IMG/VR virus record: IMGVR_UViG_3300027749_005768
Span: 1-53,223 of that record
Strand: one strand, 5' to 3'
Length of the DNA stretch: 53,223 bases
Origin: a virus
Lineage: Duplodnaviria > Caudoviricetes
Shown piece after piece: positions 48,754-53,223 of the stretch. Position 1 is the first letter of the stretch. Each line of letters opens with the position of its first letter. The position numbers and the translations under genes were made by a program. Below the pieces are notes generated by a model. It ran no database searches. It had not been told where the DNA came from and saw nothing but the letters and a program-made list of their open reading frames with translations.

Positions 48754-49086
48754 TTAAACAGCGCCTTGTCCTGGTGAGGGTGGTTGATGATTCTGAAGTA
48801 TTGTTGAAATACCTTGAATATGTTGAGCAATAGTAGGATCTGTAATTTGAAGCTTTTGTAACTCCCCTTGTAAGGTTTGAAGTGCAGCAGTAGCAGGCCC
48901 TGTAACACCTGTAGCAGGTGCTTGAGGCTGTGTTGGTGTTGTTCCGGGAGCGCCGCCTGTAAATTGACCAGTTGGATTGCCGCTAGCTACAGCACTTGCT
49001 GCATTTTCTTCACCTGAAAGATCCGCTTCTCTATAGATGCTATCATATGCTTCAGAAAACATTTTATAATCACTTTTTGTTGACAT
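48754..49086 (-). CDS. hypothetical Q/P/T/G-rich late protein
   Basis: TATAAATA 5 nt before ATG; FSEAY..IY.E N-terminus. Confidence 0.6.
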   Translation of the reverse strand: MSTKSDYKMFSEAYDSIYREADLSGEENAASAVASGNPTGQFTGGAPGTTPTQPQAPATGVTGPATAALQTLQGELQKLQITDPTIAQHIQGISTILQNHQPPSPGQGAV

Positions 49087-49110
49087 ATAGTTATTTATAC
49101 AACTTGCATA

Positions 49111-50007
49111 TCATATAAATTTATTTCCTCTCTGTATTAGACCGGTATTTAGTAAACTAAAAATATGCAATCCATTAATATATACAGCTTGTTCTGTACC
49201 ATGTGTACTATAACGTGTATCACCAATTTGTGCAGGTCCTCCCATTCTGTGTAATACTCCATTCTGACAATATTCTACTATATGGTCTAATTTACCTCTT
49301 TTGTGCTCTATAGCAGGTCCATCGTCTTCTGGTCTATGATATCTACCTTCACGACGATATTCATAACCAACTAACTTACCCGATTTATAATATTTCATAG
49401 CAGGTCCATCCTCAGAGTCACGATTTATCTGTCCATTTGTATACCATGCTTCTGTTTCAATATTACCTTTAGAGTCATATGCTATTAAAGCAGGTCCATC
49501 ATCTCTGTGTAAACGCTGACCTTCTATATCTTTACTATACCTAACTGTACGTTCTCTTTCATTAATTATTTTGTAAAGATCGCCTTCCTTTGTTATGGTC
49601 TTAGCAAGTGATGCTAAAAACTTTGTACCACTTAACTTTTCATCCTCAAAGACTAATTTAGTTGTACCAGACATAGCACTCGTTGTTTCTTCACGAGCCC
49701 ATATAAACGGTCTATTGTTTAGCCTTTTATCACTATAATTATGTAGTGTGCCAAGTATATACGTACTATATACTCCACGACCATTTGATTTATCCGCTCT
49801 ATAAATTTTAGTAAATACAGCACCAGCTTTTCTTTCAACTAACTCTAAATTTTTACGAGTAGCGCCAGATATAATCTTCTTATCATCTTTATACTCATCG
49901 TAATCGTATTCATCAATATGTGTATTTTTTACAAGCTTAAACTTACCAAAGATTAAATTATTACCATTGATAAGGCTCTCGTAAAGTAGTTTAAGTTTAT
50001 AGTCCAT
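49111..50007 (-). CDS. protein with LHRxDGPA (MORN-variant-like) repeats
   Basis: LHRDDGPA, INRDSEDGPA, YHRPEDDGPA, LHRMGGPA. Confidence 0.7.
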   Translation of the reverse strand: MDYKLKLLYESLINGNNLIFGKFKLVKNTHIDEYDYDEYKDDKKIISGATRKNLELVERKAGAVFTKIYRADKSNGRGVYSTYILGTLHNYSDKRLNNRPFIWAREETTSAMSGTTKLVFEDEKLSGTKFLASLAKTITKEGDLYKIINERERTVRYSKDIEGQRLHRDDGPALIAYDSKGNIETEAWYTNGQINRDSEDGPAMKYYKSGKLVGYEYRREGRYHRPEDDGPAIEHKRGKLDHIVEYCQNGVLHRMGGPAQIGDTRYSTHGTEQAVYINGLHIFSLLNTGLIQRGNKFI

Positions 50008-50054
50008 ATCTTTTATTTATATTATATTGCGCCCGCAGAGCATCTGCCGCTCGT

Positions 50055-50363
50055 TTAGTTTAGAGAGATTAGATAGTTGAGCATATTGTTGTATACTTCT
50101 TTTTTTTGTAGTTCTACCGAATTAATTCCATATACACCACTTAATAATAAACTTGCATTATACCATTCATTAGTCTCAGGTAAGAAAAATAAATTATGGT
50201 ATCCCTTATCACACATCCAAATATTATCTTTAAGCTTTGTACCATTTTGCATAAAGACATGGCCGTACTTAGCGTCTTTAAAGCTACCATTTTTTTCAAC
50301 TAATACACGCGCGTATGCTAGTCTCCATCTTTTTGAATCAATACTATACGCTATATATCTCAT
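50055..50363 (-). CDS. MRY-family paralogue 6
   Basis: MRYIAY..., LPETNEWYNASL. Confidence 0.65.
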   Translation of the reverse strand: MRYIAYSIDSKRWRLAYARVLVEKNGSFKDAKYGHVFMQNGTKLKDNIWMCDKGYHNLFFLPETNEWYNASLLLSGVYGINSVELQKKEVYNNMLNYLISLN

Positions 50364-50821
50364 ATATTTCTACCTGTGTTAGGTCTCTTTAGTAAGTGCT
50401 TATACTTATTATTCTGTTGTAACATTTCCTCTACAATACTATCAGTCACTCTATACACTATATCAACAACCTCATTTAATGTCTTAGTAGGTTTAAACTC
50501 TCTACTATTATTATATAGAATATCTACGTTAAACAGAGGATGTGTTTCTGGAATGTAGACCCATCTAGTAAAGTTAAAATTACCACTATCATCAGAAAAG
50601 ATACCATTTGATAATTCAAAACATATAAAATTCTTACTACCACCGTGTTTTAAACTGAGTGCATCGTCAGGCGTGGTAGCTATAAAGGGATATGTATCTC
50701 CCTTTAAACACTCAGGTAATGATGTATCACGACCATGACCTACTACTTCTACCATACCAGGCTTATGAGGGGATATTAAACCTGATGACCAATTTCTGTT
50801 TACTAATACTTTATATCTCAT
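50360..50821 (-). CDS. MRY-family paralogue 5
   Basis: MRYKVLV..., IPETHPLFNVDI. Confidence 0.7.
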   Translation of the reverse strand: MRYKVLVNRNWSSGLISPHKPGMVEVVGHGRDTSLPECLKGDTYPFIATTPDDALSLKHGGSKNFICFELSNGIFSDDSGNFNFTRWVYIPETHPLFNVDILYNNSREFKPTKTLNEVVDIVYRVTDSIVEEMLQQNNKYKHLLKRPNTGRNI

Positions 50822-50827
50822 ATACGG

Positions 50828-51154
50828 TTAGTTTGACTTAAGACCTTCTACAAACTCTGGTAAATATTCTGCTATTAGATTATACATAGGCATATCTGCT
50901 TTACCTTGAAATAAACTATCACTAAGTTCTCTAAGCTGATCTATAGTAAACTCACATATATCTAGATTAAAGAGAGGATGAGACTCTGGTATACACACCT
51001 GCACTACAACTTGATATTTATATTTATTTAAACGCTTAATAACTATAGGCTTAGTATCTATTTCAACATCAGGATCAACATATACATTCCAAAAGGCAAA
51101 TTCACCGTGTACCATACCGTAATCTGCCTGCATTTCCATTCTTTTGTATCTCAT
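50828..51154 (-). CDS. MRY-family paralogue 4
   Basis: MRYKRM..., IPESHPLFNLDI. Confidence 0.7.
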   Translation of the reverse strand: MRYKRMEMQADYGMVHGEFAFWNVYVDPDVEIDTKPIVIKRLNKYKYQVVVQVCIPESHPLFNLDICEFTIDQLRELSDSLFQGKADMPMYNLIAEYLPEFVEGLKSN

Positions 51155-51534
51155 CGTTCTAGTCTTAGTATAGGTTTAACAAATTGTACTACTATTTTAG
51201 ATTGAATAGCATCAACTGTATCACTATCCATTGGTAGATCATCTTCATCACCGCGCATATCTAACAGGTTATACATTAAATCAAAGTTAAAAAATAGATC
51301 TGATTCACTCATAATTCTATTAAAAATGTTAGTGTACGCTCCGCCTGGTATGTGTCTTCTATAAAATCCCGGTATATCTTTTAGCTCGAAGTAATCACTA
51401 TTACCATCATCATACACACTACCAGGATGCTCGCTAATTATATTTGTACCACCATTGAGAGTAAAATGATGTATCCGTGAGCCAATCATAGATTGCTCTA
51501 GTGGCATATAGAACGGTATTGCTTTGTATCTCAT
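51151..51534 (-). CDS. MRY-family paralogue 3
   Basis: MRYKAIP..., MSESDLFFNFDL. Confidence 0.7.
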   Translation of the reverse strand: MRYKAIPFYMPLEQSMIGSRIHHFTLNGGTNIISEHPGSVYDDGNSDYFELKDIPGFYRRHIPGGAYTNIFNRIMSESDLFFNFDLMYNLLDMRGDEDDLPMDSDTVDAIQSKIVVQFVKPILRLER

Positions 51535-51899
51535 CGTGGGGTGTTTTCTATTGTTGTTAATTCAGCAAATAGTATATCATATATTTTATTTTTTATACTC
51601 CAATCTTCATCTTGCTCAAGTTGATACATTTTACGCTTTAAAATATCACAGTTAAAGTAGGGATGATCCTCTCTCATAACAAACTTATAACCGCTTTTTT
51701 TACTACCCCCTACCCATATTAATGACTTATTATTATTAGTACCTAATGTCTCCCAACCTGACCCGTATGACTTATATACACCCTCTATATTATTAAAGAT
51801 GATAGCGTCAGCGCTCCGATTAGTAGCAAACGTAATCAGATATTCCTGATCGTTATCCTCATTCATAAAAGAGTTTGTTTTAGCAGCTTTATATCTCAT
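51531..51899 (-). CDS. MRY-family paralogue 2
   Basis: MRYKAAK..., MREDHPYFNCDI. Confidence 0.7.
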   Translation of the reverse strand: MRYKAAKTNSFMNEDNDQEYLITFATNRSADAIIFNNIEGVYKSYGSGWETLGTNNNKSLIWVGGSKKSGYKFVMREDHPYFNCDILKRKMYQLEQDEDWSIKNKIYDILFAELTTIENTPR

Positions 51900-51903
51900 A
51901 TGT

Positions 51904-52272
51904 TTACCATTCCTGGGTTAATAGATCGTTACCCACAAATTGTGGTACAATATGTCCTTTATATTCATATACACCAATACTTATATTTGGAAAATTATCA
52001 TTGCATATAAGTTCGTAGGATATATCGAAGTTAAAGAAAGGATCTGATTCCTTTACTACTTTAACAAACCTATTAGTATACGAACCACCAGCTATCCGTT
52101 TTCTATATATATTTGTATTACCTTGCCTATAATAATCATCTATTTCATCCGAATATACATCACCAGGCATCTTATACACAATTGCATAATCCTCCGATAC
52201 AAACTGTGTGATACGCGTACCTATCATATCATAGTGTAAGGGTAAATAGAAATATATTACTTTATATCGCAT
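51904..52272 (-). CDS. MRY-family paralogue 1
   Basis: MRYKVIY..., VKESDPFFNFDI. Confidence 0.7.
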   Translation of the reverse strand: MRYKVIYFYLPLHYDMIGTRITQFVSEDYAIVYKMPGDVYSDEIDDYYRQGNTNIYRKRIAGGSYTNRFVKVVKESDPFFNFDISYELICNDNFPNISIGVYEYKGHIVPQFVGNDLLTQEW

Positions 52273-52281
52273 TGATAGTAT

Positions 52282-52950
52282 TTAGACAATATAAGTCAGT
52301 TTAGTAGTACCATCTTTCTCTATTACAATACACGAACACAACTCATCACAAAATGAACCAGAATTGATATATGTACAACCATATTCAGAGTTATATACTT
52401 CTTCCGGGTAGTGTGTATGACCAGCCATAATAACATCGTATTCTCTACCGTGTTTATCTAAGAACTTCTTTGATACAATATCCTTAGCACGAACCCAAGA
52501 CTTAGACCAAGCCTTTAAACGACGAGTTATAATGTTCTTCTTATCAAACTTTTGTATCCAGTAATATAGACCAGTAAAGACAAAAGTAGATATAGGCCGA
52601 CTCTGAACCCAGTGATCATATTCATCGCCATGCTCGCAGAGCATCTGCCGCTCGTTGACCTTAAAACTGTAGGATTTAGTAAACACCATGCCTGTAATAG
52701 CCGCTAAGAACTCTGCACACCCGTCGTGATTACCCTTTACTAATATAACCTTGTGAGATTTCGATAACTTTCGAATCTTAGTGAGTATCTTCCAGTCCTT
52801 CCGGGTATATCTATGAAACGAATGATTGTCGAATAAATCACCATTTATAATAAGAGTCTCAAATGGTGTATCTAATATCTCGAGTACCTTATCTCTCTCA
52901 CACACTGAGGAGCCTAAATGGATATCAGATATAATTAGAGTATCAATCAT
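52282..52950 (-). CDS. calcineurin-like metallophosphoesterase (LpxH-like)
   Basis: SDIHLG, GDLFD, GNHD, HGD, GHTH, NSGS. Confidence 0.88.
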   Translation of the reverse strand: MIDTLIISDIHLGSSVCERDKVLEILDTPFETLIINGDLFDNHSFHRYTRKDWKILTKIRKLSKSHKVILVKGNHDGCAEFLAAITGMVFTKSYSFKVNERQMLCEHGDEYDHWVQSRPISTFVFTGLYYWIQKFDKKNIITRRLKAWSKSWVRAKDIVSKKFLDKHGREYDVIMAGHTHYPEEVYNSEYGCTYINSGSFCDELCSCIVIEKDGTTKLTYIV

Positions 52951-53223
52951 CTATAAGATATTTACAATTCCCTATATAGAAGGCTCGGAAATTCGCGCAA
53001 AAAAAATTTCCGAGAACCCCTTATTACAAACTTTCGATTTTTTGTCGAAAAAATTTAGCCATGGCAGATCGCAGTTCCCTTTCTCGTTTGTCTCTGTACA
53101 CAATTCCGAGCGCTGACACTCTCTAGAGCGATAGGGAACTAGCCTACACTGTAGCATACACCACGATGCCTCTCCCATTCGTGACACAAAAAGACCCAAA
53201 GAGTGATAACACTCAATGGGAAC

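Larger units (their letters stand above)
50034..52656. repeat. 22-bp GC-rich exact direct repeat (50034-50055 and 52635-52656)
   Basis: CGCAGAGCATCTGCCGCTCGTT twice. Confidence 0.9.

Noticed and set aside
49111-49170. Possible frameshift at the 3' end of the LHRxDGPA protein
   Set aside because: ORF ends normally just before the next promoter; no homologue evidence available
52826-53199. ORFs 52826..53116 (+) and 52972..53199 (-)
   Set aside because: Atypical composition, overlap inverted repeats or the phosphoesterase antisense; probably non-coding
1-53223. Stop-codon reassignment, tRNAs, introns/inteins, DGR
   Set aside because: Conserved genes are intact in code 11 with normal lengths; no cloverleaf, reverse transcriptase or splice motifs seen by eye

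Overview
AT-rich segment of a large T4-like myophage genome (standard genetic code; an overlapping spanin pair points to a diderm host). It carries the T4-type head/neck module (gp15, gp20, gp13, gp4, gp21, gp22, gp23), a split gp5-like baseplate hub/spike, a long repeat-rich fibre, nrdA/nrdB, thyX, phoH, gp62, GroES, a ClpP-like protease, a DinG-like helicase, a lysis cassette and three free-standing endonucleases. Accessory content: (i) a 7-deazaguanine DNA-modification set in two loci (queD, queE / queF, P-loop kinase, formyltransferase, TGT-like DpdA), consistent with formyl-preQ1 DNA and with extra kinases and a PRTase; (ii) an ~11 kb island of glycosyltransferases, methyltransferases and UDP-galactopyranose mutase; (iii) a tandem array of six divergent 'MRY(K)...E-x-(H/D)-P-x-FN-x-D' paralogues bracketed by an exact 22-bp GC-rich direct repeat. 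Across the window, TAAATA late boxes and sigma70-like -10 boxes lie 5-9 nt before start codons, implying mostly leaderless mRNAs, which also predicts an ATC start for gp15. All calls are from motif recognition by eye; no searches were run.
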